Shown one piece after another: positions 56,198-64,000 of a stretch of 64,000 nt of DNA (position 1 is its first letter; the number at the start of each line of letters is the position of its first letter). Made by a program: the position numbers and the translations under genes. Where the stretch lies: NCBI GenBank assembly GCA_013265495.1, contig MU058444.1:1674001-1738000 (forward strand). Reading direction: 5' to 3'. A model generated the notes under the pieces. That model did not search any database and had not been told where the DNA came from. It was given only the letters and a program-made list of their open reading frames with translations. This DNA comes from Vicugna vicugna. Its lineage: Eukaryota.

Positions 56198-59100
56198 TTT
56201 ATTTATTTTAATGGAGGTTCTGGGGATTGAACCCAGGACCTCGTGCTTGCTACGCACATATCTACCACTGTGCTATACCCTCCAATTTTTTAAAATGTAG
56301 CCAAGATGTATGCAATTTTTAAGATACCTAAAAGGCGACTTGAACACTAATTCTACCGCCCAGGTTGGCCCGCACGATGTCCTCAGCCTGAGTAAACTTT
56401 AGACAGCCTTCTTCCTGCCTCTAGGCCCCTAATCTCCCTTTTCTTAGGGAGATTAGGGCATTTACTTTAGAAAATTTGTTCTTTCTCTGCCCCCTTTGAG
56501 ATGTGAATCTTTTTAAAAGCTTCTTGCCCGTTTTCCAGCCCAAGGCTTTCTCCAGGACCTGGGAGCCATCTATCTGAAGTGTAACTGTTAGGAAAACAGC
56601 CCCCAGGTGCCCGCATCTCAGTGAGGGGGTGGAGCCTAGCCTTGACAGGTGCCACTTAGCGAACGCAGGTGGCCTGCCACGCTCAGGAATAACTCCATCT
56701 GCTCCATCTCATTGACCAATCTTCCCCCCTGAAGCCCTCCAGGACGCTTCTCCCAGCTCCGCCCAGCACTCCAGACCCTCCCTCCTTTGCTTCAGCTGAA
56801 TGGAGTTGGCTCTCTCCCCTATTACAATAGTCTTGAATAAAGTCTTCCTTGCCCGTTCAGCTTCGCCCAGTGCAATTTTATTTTGACACTGTGATCCCAG
56901 GACTGGAGATGACTAAGCTTTCAGTACTCACAGGCTTACCATCTTGACCGGGTTGTCCAGGGTAGCCAGGGTTCCCAGGCTGTCCGGGGTCCCCCTAGAG
57001 AGGGAAAAAAACAAAAACGTCTCAGCACAAAACCACCAGCCACACTGTTTCAGGCAGAATCCATCAAGGTTCAAAGCCAATTTCATTACCGGGAGCTTTT
57101 ATATATTAAGAAAACAAACAAACAAACAGAAACAAAAACCAGAAATCTCAAAGTCGGGTTAGAAAAATGACACTATATCTACCTTAACAGTGAAAGGCTT
57201 TCTCTTATGTAAAACTTTCAATGATGTAATTCTGTGAGCACGACAGATATACCAAAGGAAGTACTTTCCCCTGGTGTAAAATGTCAATATTCATGGCAGG
57301 AGATGTTTTTTAGAATTCGGAATAAACTGCACAATGTCACAGCAACTACGGTTTCAATGACGGCAACCCTTCACTCAGAAATGTACAGATTTAATTCTGT
57401 TCTTAATGTTACACTACAGATATCAGTGACCTACGATGGAATAATTCGGTTCATGATTCTAAAAAAAAAAAACCACAGTCCCCAGGACACGTGATCTCAC
57501 ACATGGGACCCAAGTTGAAAGCTGTACAAGAGTTATTTTGTTTTACTGTCAGTGCATCTCTGCCTGTATTTATAATCTCATTTTGACTCCTAAAATTCAA
57601 ATATTTTCATGAGAGCAAGGCCCATGCCAAACAACTCTGCCCAAGCCCCATAGTCCCTGAATACATGTAATATCAAAGAAATGACCTTTGCCACCACAAA
57701 CTAGAGCTCTCCAGGGGACGTTATTCCGTACAGCCTGGCAATGAGCCCGGGTACATTCTGCGGAACTGCAGTACGTTGCATGATGGCATCGCTCACACGC
57801 ACCCCAGTGATAACCCAGTGGTGTTAACCAAACACCAGGCTAAGGGTTCTCGCACGGAGCCAGATGTGCTGGTCTGAAATGCGACTTCAGGCTCCTGGGT
57901 CGGGAGGTTTGTTCCTGAAATATAACTGGAAAAGTGGAAAGTACTATGTGAACTCTATTAAGGAGCCAATGAAAGAGGGATGGGCTCTTTGCTTGGGGCT
58001 GCCCAAGAGGTCGAGCCCGTGGAAAGGGAAACGCCATTTTTAAAAGAGATAGAAAAAGACTGGCTGCAAATCCAGGGAGAAGAATGACACAGAAACGTGT
58101 AATTTCTCGCTGAAGAGGTACATTTGTTGACTCTGATCCAAAGCTGTCCAGTGTCAGCAGGACATGAGGGGGCAATTTTCCCGTTCTCCAGGGTGTCCAA
58201 AGTTTTTCTTCCTTTTTTTCAGAGGATTCACATTCATTTCTGGCCTCCCTGCCATCCTTCTTTAACCGTGTTCAGACTGGACTCACTGGCTTTCAACAAA
58301 CCCCGTCTTTGGTTTTCTCATGGGAAGATGTCCTTTCTTTTCCACTGAAGAGTCAATATGACAAGATTTCTTACAACCGCACCTCCCTTGTTCACACATC
58401 TTCTCCTGAAGACTTTTTCTACTGAAATGCGACAGTGGCTCCTCTGTCACTGACCACTTATGCACAACTAGCGTCTTCTCAAAGTTTTCCCTTGGTGGGT
58501 CCTCATTTCTCATTTGGATTGAGACTTCCTGAAAGCATGTCAACATTTTCTATTTTTTTTTTCTTTCTTTTTTTTTTTTTTTTTTTTTTTTGGACAATGC
58601 TGGGTTATCAAACAGAGGTTCAGTAACCATTTGCTGATTGTTTCCAATCAAATCTCCTGTTAATGACCTCTTGACTTGCAGAATATTATCAGCAAAACCT
58701 AGCCCAACAGAATGATCTGAGAGGGTTTAACTTCTACTACGATGAGGCTGAAATAAAGCTCTGGCACAAGCAGAAATGGGATTTGTGTTTTTATGATGCA
58801 TAAAAGTACAAAATAGACAATGATAACATTTTAAATAAATCAAAATGAAGTTTCTAGTTTGGGGGGAAAAATCACCCGCAAGATAAATCCAATGTGACTT
58901 CTTAAGGACCGTAACGCTGGCCAACAGTCCCAAGAGGGAAAGCGATCTCTTTTGTAGGTTCCATTATTGCTGGTGTAGGTTTTATTGGTTATTTTGACTA
59001 TGGCTCCACTGGTTTGTTTGCAAAAACTCAGGCAGATTTGCTGTTGTTTCCATAAAATTGGAAGAATAAAGTAAAACTCTAACTGATTTTGAAGACAAGG

Positions 59101-62100
59101 CCAATTAGAATAAAAATTCAATTTTATTACTGTAATAAAAGCTGACACCTAATCTTTACTGATTGTTTATTATATGCTAAGCACTGCTCTAAGAGATTTA
59201 TATGTATGAAATTACTTAATCCTCACAACTCCACGAAGCAGGTAATTTTACTATTCCCATTTTATATATGTGAGAAAACTGAGGCCCAGAAACATTAGGT
59301 AACTTGCACAAGGTCACACAGCAGCAGCAGAGATGGGACTTGAGCTCAGCTAATTCAGCTGCACGCTGATTTAATTCATGCTCCTAAACACTATTCTCTC
59401 TGCCCACACTGAAATGCATACACTGATCAGAACCCAACCTGGGGGCAGCTAGCGAATTTAACATGGAAAAAATTTCCAAATACAATAAATCAGACATATG
59501 ACCTATTATTATAAAACGGTGACTACATTTCCAATCTATTTTCTTCTACTTTAGTTGAAACATTTGCAATTTTAAAAAATAAGTATTCAGCTGAAAAGCA
59601 ATCTTGACTTATGTTGAACTGACTCTGCGCCATGGGATTTCTGAGTTGTCAACAGGGAACCTCATGGACTTAGCTAAACATCCCTGCACGTGGCCTCTCA
59701 ATTGTGCAAGTATGAATAATTAAAGTGAGAAACGGCTGGGCTTGCAAGTCAGCTAACATTTTTAGATGCTCATTCTAAAACAAATGTCTCCTAAGCCCAA
59801 ATCCCATGCTTATGAGCTCTCTTCTCCAAACCCTGTGTCTCCACAAAAGTAGCTGACCTAAAACCTATTCCACTCTCCAAAACCAACCTCTGCCTTCCCT
59901 CAAAACTCAAACACCCACTCTCTTCATTTTTTTTTTTTAGGTCTTTTTTTTTTTTTAATGGAGGTACTGGGGGTTGAACCCAGGACCTTTTTCTTGCTAA
60001 GCACACGCTCTACCACTGAGCTATAGCCCTACCCCACCCCCTCCCCACCAGCTCTCTTTGGCTAGAAGGAATCCACTTCGTTTGGGAAAATTAACAGAAA
60101 ACTATGAATGCCCAGTGGCCCCTGAAATTTTCCAAAGGCTTTTGTATTTTAGACAGAGGATACTCTGATAAGCCAAATGAATCTTTAATCGGTAGAGTTA
60201 TCAGGGTGAAACAAAGGGCATGAGCAGGAACAGAATTGCAGAAAGAGTGGTATTCCAGAGAAAATAAGTTATTAAGAAATGGCTCCGACAAATATATGCA
60301 TGTACATGCATGACTGGGACATTGTGTCGTACACCAGAAATTGACACATTGTAACTGATTGTACTTCAACTTGAAAAAAAAAAAGGTAAAAAATAAATAA
60401 ATAAATACTTTTAAAAAAAGAAAGAAATGGCTCCTTCCTAAAATAGAAAGGAGGGGGAAACGCTTTCTTTCCACTTCTGCACTAACAGATCAAACACTTA
60501 AGATTACATCAAATGTGGGGAGTTTGTCCCCACAACCATTCCTGTAGCTTCAAAGTGGGGGAGAAGCAACCACTGGCATGGATAGGTCTTTTGGAAGGGA
60601 GCTGGTTTGCAAATTGGGGATTGTTTGGATCTTTTGTGCAAAACAAAGGCATTCAGTATAGCTTAATCGGGAGAAGGGTGAGTTTTAATTCTTTCAATCA
60701 CTTCATAATTCATTAAATAAAAGACTATTACTATTCAGCTCTGCACTAGACACTGGAATTCCAAAGGAGAATTTAGTTTGTATTAACCTTCAGTGTGAAG
60801 TACTTATGTATAAAAATCACTCTAAGAGATTCATGAATTTAATCAGTCCCTTTGTTTGACATTAGGGACACAGAATGAGCAAGCCAGCCTTATTCAGGGG
60901 CTCACAACCCAGTGACAGATAGATTTTTCTATGTTTACTGGAAAGTTGTAATGCCATGATACATCTAAGTGTAGGACACCAGAGTTAACCTGGTTTTGTA
61001 ATAGGGTTGTCATATTTGTTGGAAACTGAATGAACTTGAAGATGACTATCTTAGAATAGGTACTTTTCCACCCATCGACCCAAGAATTTCTCCTCTGTTT
61101 CAGTCTCACAAGTCAACTCTCAGCTCCCAGAACTCTCTTTCTGGCTTATCAGAAGACTAGACTGTTCTGCACGGGTAACTCTGTTGAAGGAAATGCGTAA
61201 AACTTTCCTGAGCGCACCTAACAAAAATGGCCAAGGAGTCTCGGTCAGATCTATAGTAAAATCACTTCATCTGTTTCAGATCTGATTCTGTGGAACTAAT
61301 TAAAACCCTATCAACTTTCCAGGCCAGAAATTCTCTAGAGGAAGCACACCTTAGTGTGTTGCTAGGGCTTCTGTTTTTCACATCCAGGTCCCTGAGGCGG
61401 GTGAGGAACCACCTCCAGGGGGAAAGAGCCCTGAAAGGATGGAAGACTGTGTGTGTGTTCCTGTCCTGCTGCCAGGTTTTCCAAAGAAGATGGAAAGCAG
61501 ATTAAGCAGGCATGCCAACTGGAAGACTGGGGGAAAACTGCGATTTCACTTAAAGTAGGAGGTGGCAATGGGGCTGGATTATGACTAAGAAAAGAGAAGG
61601 AAAATGAGGAACACATGAAACTGGGAAAGGCCGAAGAGCAGAGGCTTTACCAGATTAGGCAAAGGGTGTGCTAAAAACTTGCTATAGAAACATATGCGCA
61701 TAAACATCAGCATCACTGTGAGCCACCTAGTAAACCACTAATGAAGAATCAGGAAAGATCAGATGCATCCGGTGCGGCTGCTCCCAAAGCGGGCAGCCCC
61801 CTGGAGCCCCTGGGGGTGGCCTGAACCTCACTGAGGGGCGGGAAGATGCTCTGGGCTTGGAGGTCAGAAGTGATGGGACTCTGATTTCCACATTGTATCT
61901 TTTGCAGATCAAATCATTTCTATTTAATATTCCAGGATGAATCAGCTGTCGAAATATGTTTTAAAAGTGTGCTGGCAGGTCACACCAGGCTGCCTTGCAA
62001 GGTATATTCTCCCAGGAGCATCTTAATCGGCATGTTTCATTTCTGCCAAGGCATCCTAAAAACGCGGTTACTTTAACAGAAGAACATTTGGATGAACTTT

Positions 62101-63800
62101 CCTAAATACAATCTAAAAATAGTTTACAACAGTAAATTGATTATAATGTATGGACATCAAATTCTAAGCCAAATAGGTTTACTTTGAAAGAAGTACTGGA
62201 TGTATATTTTTATTTCTTAAGTTGCATTTCTTTCTTGATTTTAACAGCTAGGTATGAAGTAGGTCATGAACCAGCACCTGAAAAATGGATGGAGAAACAT
62301 ATGCAAAAGACTGGAAGAATTAAATTATCCCAGGTCAGCAGTCTAAACGCTGAAATGTCTTAGTTGTGATGACTGAAACTCTCAAAAACTTCCACCTAAA
62401 TGAACATTATAATTCATACTTATCAAAATTGATTATGGCTACTTCAAGTAATAGGTGATCAATACACAAAACAGTCTTTCTGGCTAGGCAGTCATACTTG
62501 CTTTCAAGTTAGACACTGTTTTTATTTAGATGCTATTTTAAAATAATGTTAAATAAGCAAGATTTATCCATAATGCACAAATCACTTCACTTCACAGCAT
62601 CTTAGGCTGAGTCTAAGATGCCTCAATGAGCGTCAACTTGTTTAAAAATGTTTAGCCATTCATATTTAATAACATAGAAACCTATTCAGAACATTTTGTT
62701 ATGTAAAATGTAACTAGTTATAAAATAGTATGCACATCACAGTTCCAATCATTTACAAACGTGAACACACATAGGTAAATACTTACACACATACACACAT
62801 AAATACACATACATCGAGATAATATATCTACACATACACACACAAAGATATAAATGGAACTGGAACATATGTATATATGAATATGGCTAAAAGAATATAC
62901 TCCCTAAAAGTAATTATTGCATTATTAAGTGAAATAAATAAATGCGCACACACACGCCTCGATTTTTAGAATGGACATCAAACACAACATCCAAACTAAC
63001 TTTAAATTTTTGCTTCATTTTTTTACCTGAAGATTGGTTTTTCAGATTAAAAATTTAGACATTGAAGGATGTAGAACATCTCTTAACCAATGCCCTTTCT
63101 TCAGTTTTTTTCACCCGGTTATAAGGAGGTACCATTCTTGGGACACGGCAGTGGCATTTGAGGGAAAAAACAAACGCGCAAGTAAATTAGTGATGCTCCC
63201 TCTCTTTACTGCGGCACCAGTTTTAGGTTCAAAAGTAACTGCACATTAGAACACACTTTAAAAAAAAACAACTAAACTCGTGTGTTAAACTACTGTAAGG
63301 TATTAGGCAGAAATTTCACAGCAGAGTCAACGGTGATGGGGATTTTGTGCTTGCTCAGCTCTCGAACTGACAAAGACAGCACGTTAGGTCTTACTCACTT
63401 TGGGGCCTGGCAGTCCTGGTTTTCCCGGAGGACATACACACGGAGCTGCAGTTGAACCTACATCGCTGGGACCGTTGAGGCACTGAAAGACAAAAATGGA
63501 CATTAAGCCACACGGAAAGACGCAGCTCTACGTGTTCACGTGCACAGGTGTGTCTGTAGGTGTGTGAGAAATGGTAACCATGTTGTACACTTACTATCCA
63601 ATTTTTATTTATCCAATTTATAAGCCAATTAAGTAATTCCAAATCAACAAAAAAGCTATGCATACTAAATACACTGAAACTACATGAAAATGGGTTCTAC
63701 GTATCTAATATACTCACAATTGATGGGAGGAAGACAAACAGCCCCACAATGCAAATACTACCTTAAGGAGAATAATCGTTTCCAGGCCTACCTCACCATT
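10478..63800 (-). CDS. COL21A1: Collagen type XXI alpha-1, internal multi-exon portion (end of N-terminal non-collagenous region into the long triple helix); partial at both ends
   Basis: Ten AG-preceded exons join in phase 0 into an uninterrupted Gly-X-Y frame preceded by [20 protein letters not shown]. The peptide matches my recollection of human COL21A1 ([28 protein letters not shown]...[22 protein letters not shown]). Confidence 0.93.
10958..11465 (+). mobile_element. Retro-insertion: L1 ORF2-end/3'UTR fragment joined to about 250 bp of non-L1-looking sequence and an A-rich tail
   Basis: Perfect 14-bp TSD aagaatggagttat at 10944-10957 and 11466-11479. The L1 part translates as [34 protein letters not shown]. 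Confidence 0.8.
12589..12763. mobile_element. MER5A-like hAT MITE
   Basis: Terminal inverted repeats ggtggttctcaa...ttgagaaccac; internal aaatgcaaa and ctgagtcagaagctctgggtgg. Confidence 0.7.
13149..13330. mobile_element. MER5A hAT MITE
   Basis: cagtgattctcaaact...gaatttgcatttctaacaagttcccag...ccacactttgagaactaccg; TIRs present. Confidence 0.8.
13683..14121 (-). mobile_element. L1 3' fragment (ORF2 C-terminus plus 3'UTR), lineage-specific family
   Basis: The minus-strand ORF reads [25 protein letters not shown], followed by a 3'UTR shared with other copies in the window. Confidence 0.88.
15588..16090 (-). mobile_element. MaLR LTR (MLT1E/F-like)
   Basis: tcacagtgtctgcgggccaggagtctgggtatggc...gggttctctg...caaggctg...attggttagaagcaagtca motifs. 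Confidence 0.7.
16369..19390 (-). mobile_element. L1 with 5'UTR (~18208-19390), central ORF2 (~16748-18207) and 3'UTR (~16369-16747); internally deleted
   Basis: The ORF2 RT peptide [27 protein letters not shown]...[12 protein letters not shown] is present. The 5' end reads aatcaagacggcagaggaggacatggaactcccc, resembling the L1 5'UTR start AAGATGGCG. Confidence 0.8.
19570..19720. mobile_element. MIR SINE
   Basis: cctcactttctcatctgtaaaaggg...gattaatgtgagaatgcatataaagtgct...caggtagaaagtatccaata. Confidence 0.65.
21067..21400 (-). mobile_element. Old L1 ORF2 fragment
   Basis: tttggtatcaaggcaatactagc...cagtgaagccatctggacctgg; antisense ORF2 motifs. Confidence 0.6.
22005..23025 (+). mobile_element. 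L1 ORF2 3' portion
   Basis: tatgacaaaggagacaagaatata...tggtgctgggaaaactggaca...ccatatgatccagcaatcccactcctgggcatatatc. Decayed ORF2 peptides appear in the ORF track. Confidence 0.9.
23035..25800 (+). mobile_element. Fragmented older L1 (L1M/L1MC-like) cluster with nested inserts
   Basis: gatctgtacactgaaaactataaaacactgctga..., ctacctgatttcaaga..., [10 protein letters not shown] peptide. Confidence 0.7.
23441..23658. mobile_element. TcMar-Tigger MITE (MER8/Tigger2-like)
   Basis: gagtggatccttgaacgggtttgaactgc...ggttggttgaatccatggat...tgtttaagggtcaactgta; degenerate TIRs with TA flanks. Confidence 0.7.
25825..25990 (+). mobile_element. Vic-1-like tRNA-derived SINE
   Basis: GGGGAGGGTATAGCTGAAGTGGTAGAGCACATGCTTAGCATGCATGAGGTCCTGGGTTCAATCCCCAGTGCCTCC plus an (AATA)n tail. 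Confidence 0.9.
26100..27460 (+). mobile_element. L1MC-like 3'UTR interrupted by younger L1 3' sequence (26482-27322)
   Basis: The host element continues across the insert (gtgataatgatgtg... / gtaccactctggtg...aaactgctcgaaaaaataaagtct). The insert contains two consecutive 3'UTR/A-tail units. Confidence 0.75.
27650..28185 (+). mobile_element. L1MB/ME-like 3' fragment
   Basis: acaacccaaatgtctatcaactgatgaatg...ggcaaatccatagagacagaaa...ggtgatgaaaatgttctaaaattagactgtagtgatg. Confidence 0.75.
28255..30760 (+). mobile_element. L1MA-like ORF2 and 3'UTR fragments, with a nested young L1 tail at ~29516-29650
   Basis: gatgcagaaaaagcatttgaca, gatcaggaacaaggcaaggatgcccact (RT), and a 3'UTR ending tgccaatcatagctcaataaa. 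Confidence 0.85.
30840..31045. mobile_element. MIR SINE
   Basis: ccatttttgaaatggagaaaactgagaggtcaaagaatttggcaaaggacacacagctagt. Confidence 0.6.
32197..32250 (-). CDS. COL21A1: COL21A1 exon, 54 nt ([18 protein letters not shown])
   Basis: ttttttttttttcag|GGAGAA...TTCAAG|gtattt. Confidence 0.95.
32376..32429 (-). CDS. COL21A1: COL21A1 exon, 54 nt ([18 protein letters not shown])
   Basis: tttgttttgaatacag|GGAGCC...CGTGCT|gtgagt. Confidence 0.95.
33006..33059 (-). CDS. COL21A1: COL21A1 exon, 54 nt ([18 protein letters not shown]), with non-canonical GG donor
   Basis: ttttgtcttttag|GGTGAA...AAAAAG|ggaagt. Six intact triplets, but the donor dinucleotide reads GG rather than GT. Confidence 0.88.
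33533..33586 (-). CDS. COL21A1: COL21A1 exon, 54 nt ([18 protein letters not shown])
   Basis: ttttattttcag|GGTGAC...TCAAAG|gttgga; 6 triplets. Confidence 0.95.
33752..33915 (+). mobile_element. Short L1 3' end
   Basis: agcacagggaactatattcagtatcttg...caccagaaactgacacactgcaactgaccatacttcaatt. Flanked by aaaaccctat / aaaaccctag. Confidence 0.85.
34191..34243. repeat. (GTTTT)n microsatellite
   Basis: Read directly. Confidence 0.9.
35517..36529. repeat. 28-bp minisatellite (CAGGCGTGGTCTACACTATCCATGATGT), about 36 copies
   Basis: Period 28 read directly; about 28 identical central units with variant units at both ends. Confidence 0.97.
37140..38300 (+). mobile_element. Old L1 (L1ME-like) ORF2 3' fragment
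   Basis: tattaaatcatattatgaag...gacagataaatggaacagaat...caattccacttctgggaaattttccta. Confidence 0.65.
38300..38326. repeat. (CA)n microsatellite
   Basis: Read directly. Confidence 0.9.
38600..38937 (+). mobile_element. MaLR LTR (MLT1J/K-like) remnant
   Basis: 3' end tttttgtgttaaggcac...atttgggatttgtttgttactgcagcaaaacct...ctgat. Confidence 0.55.
39281..39455 (-). mobile_element. Short L1 3' end
   Basis: tattaaagtatagttgatttacaatgttgtgttagtttcaggtg..., flanked by the TSD tgaaaactaa. Confidence 0.85.
40295..40422 (+). mobile_element. Short L1 3' end
   Basis: gcatgacagggacatcgtgctgtacaccagaaattgacac plus (AATA)n. TSD aaagggattaagaa / aaagagattaagaa. Confidence 0.85.
41160..41338 (+). mobile_element. 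Short L1 3' end
   Basis: tagataaacaacaag...gcacagggaactatattcaata...gtaaatcaactatacttcaataaaaa. Confidence 0.85.
43537..43590 (-). CDS. COL21A1: COL21A1 exon, 54 nt ([18 protein letters not shown])
   Basis: gttaatttag|GGAGCA...GAAAAG|gtaagt; follows a 92-nt intron. Confidence 0.95.
43683..43736 (-). CDS. COL21A1: COL21A1 exon, 54 nt ([18 protein letters not shown])
   Basis: tttttgttcag|GGATAC...ATACAA|gtatgt; 6 Gly-X-Y triplets. Confidence 0.95.
45655..45810. mobile_element. MIR SINE
   Basis: ttaatcctcac...atccccatcttcagatgaggaaactgaggcaccgaaagttaaataacttgcccacagttac. Confidence 0.8.
48716..48895 (+). mobile_element. MER47-like TcMar-Tigger fragment
   Basis: gttgaaaatatcataagttgaaaatgcattgaatacacctaacc...gtgctcagaatacttgcatcagcctacagtggggcaaaatcat. 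Confidence 0.75.
48992..49066. repeat. Imperfect (TG)n microsatellite
   Basis: Read directly. Confidence 0.9.
50230..50720. mobile_element. L2 LINE fragment
   Basis: ggagtcacccttgacttctc...catcagcaaatcctgtcggctctaccttccaaatat...catcatctcattcctagattatt-like motifs. Confidence 0.7.
52064..52461 (-). mobile_element. MaLR LTR (MLT1C-like)
   Basis: tgtatcagtttcccgttgctgctgtaacaaa...ttctggaggtcagaagtccaaa...cattccttggctcatggc...aaggtgacatattcacag...tattctgtcaactaca. Confidence 0.8.
53290..54660. mobile_element. L2 LINE fragments interrupted by a SINE
   Basis: gatcactccctccttcagatgcgttccttccttggcttctgggacacc...tcaggaaatggtaccaccactcacccc. Confidence 0.65.
54306..54441 (+). mobile_element. Vic-1-like tRNA-derived SINE
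   Basis: GGGAGGGTATAGCTCAAGTGGTAGAGCGCATGCTTAGCACGCACAAGGTCCTGGGTTCAATCCCCAGTACCTCC; imperfect TSD aagaaattatcca / aagaaatcagcca. Confidence 0.9.
54708..55287 (+). mobile_element. Probable ERV solo LTR (580 bp)
   Basis: TGTT...AACA termini, AATAAA at ~55170, and a U5-like gtgaattctttcacggccagaagacaagaaccc. No clear TSD. Confidence 0.6.
56113..56283 (-). mobile_element. Vic-1-like tRNA-derived SINE
   Basis: Reverse complement of the SINE head with a (TTTA)n tail. Confidence 0.88.
56378..56888 (+). mobile_element. ERV1-class solo LTR (MER31/MER67-like)
   Basis: TG...TGACA termini; ctctcccctattacaatagtcttgaataaagtcttccttgcc at the 3' end; ttctttctctgccccctttgagatgtgaatct internal. Confidence 0.65.
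56932..56994 (-). CDS. COL21A1: COL21A1 exon, 63 nt ([21 protein letters not shown])
   Basis: ttttttccctctctag|GGGGAC...AAGCCT|gtgagt; 7 Gly-X-Y triplets. Confidence 0.95.
59150..59400. mobile_element. MIR SINE
   Basis: tatgctaagcactgctctaag...ttaatcctcacaac...gaaaactgaggcccagaaacattaggtaacttgcacaaggtcacacagc. Confidence 0.85.
59927..60046 (-). mobile_element. Vic-1-like tRNA-derived SINE
   Basis: tggaggtactgggggttgaacccaggacc...gcacacgctctaccactgagctata with a poly-T tail. Confidence 0.85.
60288..60425 (+). mobile_element. Short L1 3' end
   Basis: catgactgggacattgtgtcgtacaccagaaattgacacattg plus an A-tail. TSD aagaaatggctcc on both sides. Confidence 0.88.
63399..63482 (-). CDS. COL21A1: COL21A1 exon, 84 nt ([28 protein letters not shown])
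   Basis: tttttgtctttcag|TGCCTCAAC...CCCAAA|gtgagt. Contains a CxC motif followed by the start of Gly-X-Y. Confidence 0.95.
63792..63800 (-). CDS. COL21A1: COL21A1 9-nt microexon (NGE)
   Basis: Minus strand: tttgttgctgtttctctttcag|AATGGTGAG|gtaggc. Supplies the NGE expected just before CLNGPS. Confidence 0.85.
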
Positions 63801-64000
63801 CTGAAAGAGAAACAGCAACAAATGTGTTTTAAAATACGTTTTTAATTGAAGTCCTAAGTTAGCTTCCTAATTTACATTCTTTTGTCCAGGGTAGAGATAA
63901 ATGATGTATCAAAACCAGCAAGAGATAGAACATGTGCTTGCCACCATCCTAAAAAACTATTTATTTATACATGTTATTCCCACATTTAGATATAGGATAA

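Noticed and set aside
62597..62621. Hairpin gcatcttag-N7-ctaagatgc
   Set aside because: A 9-bp stem is expected a few times by chance in 64 kb.
10478..63800. COL21A1 as a pseudogene
   Set aside because: All ten exons keep frame and every third-position Gly, with no stops. The single GG donor is not enough to call gene loss.

Overview
This is mammalian genomic DNA, most likely camelid, judging by five tRNA-derived Vic-1-like SINEs and many matching short L1 3' ends. The whole window lies inside a FACIT-collagen gene on the minus strand, which I recognise as COL21A1. Ten short phase-0 exons (9, 84, 63 and seven of 54 nt) splice into 534 nt / 178 aa: [178 protein letters not shown]. The gene continues beyond both window edges. 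The supplied ORF track does not capture these exons in frame; its ORFs are chance frames or decayed L1 ORF2. Introns are filled with L1, L2, MIR, MaLR/ERV LTRs and MER/Tigger elements, plus a ~36-copy 28-bp minisatellite. The most notable observations are a non-canonical GG 5' splice site (AAG|ggaagt) on an otherwise intact collagen exon, a 9-nt microexon, a TSD-flanked L1/non-L1 chimeric retro-insertion, a doubly internally deleted L1 that keeps its 5'UTR, and the homogeneous VNTR. I found no prokaryotic-type or convincingly novel multi-gene system. Repeat family names are from recognition, not database searches, and repeat boundaries are approximate.
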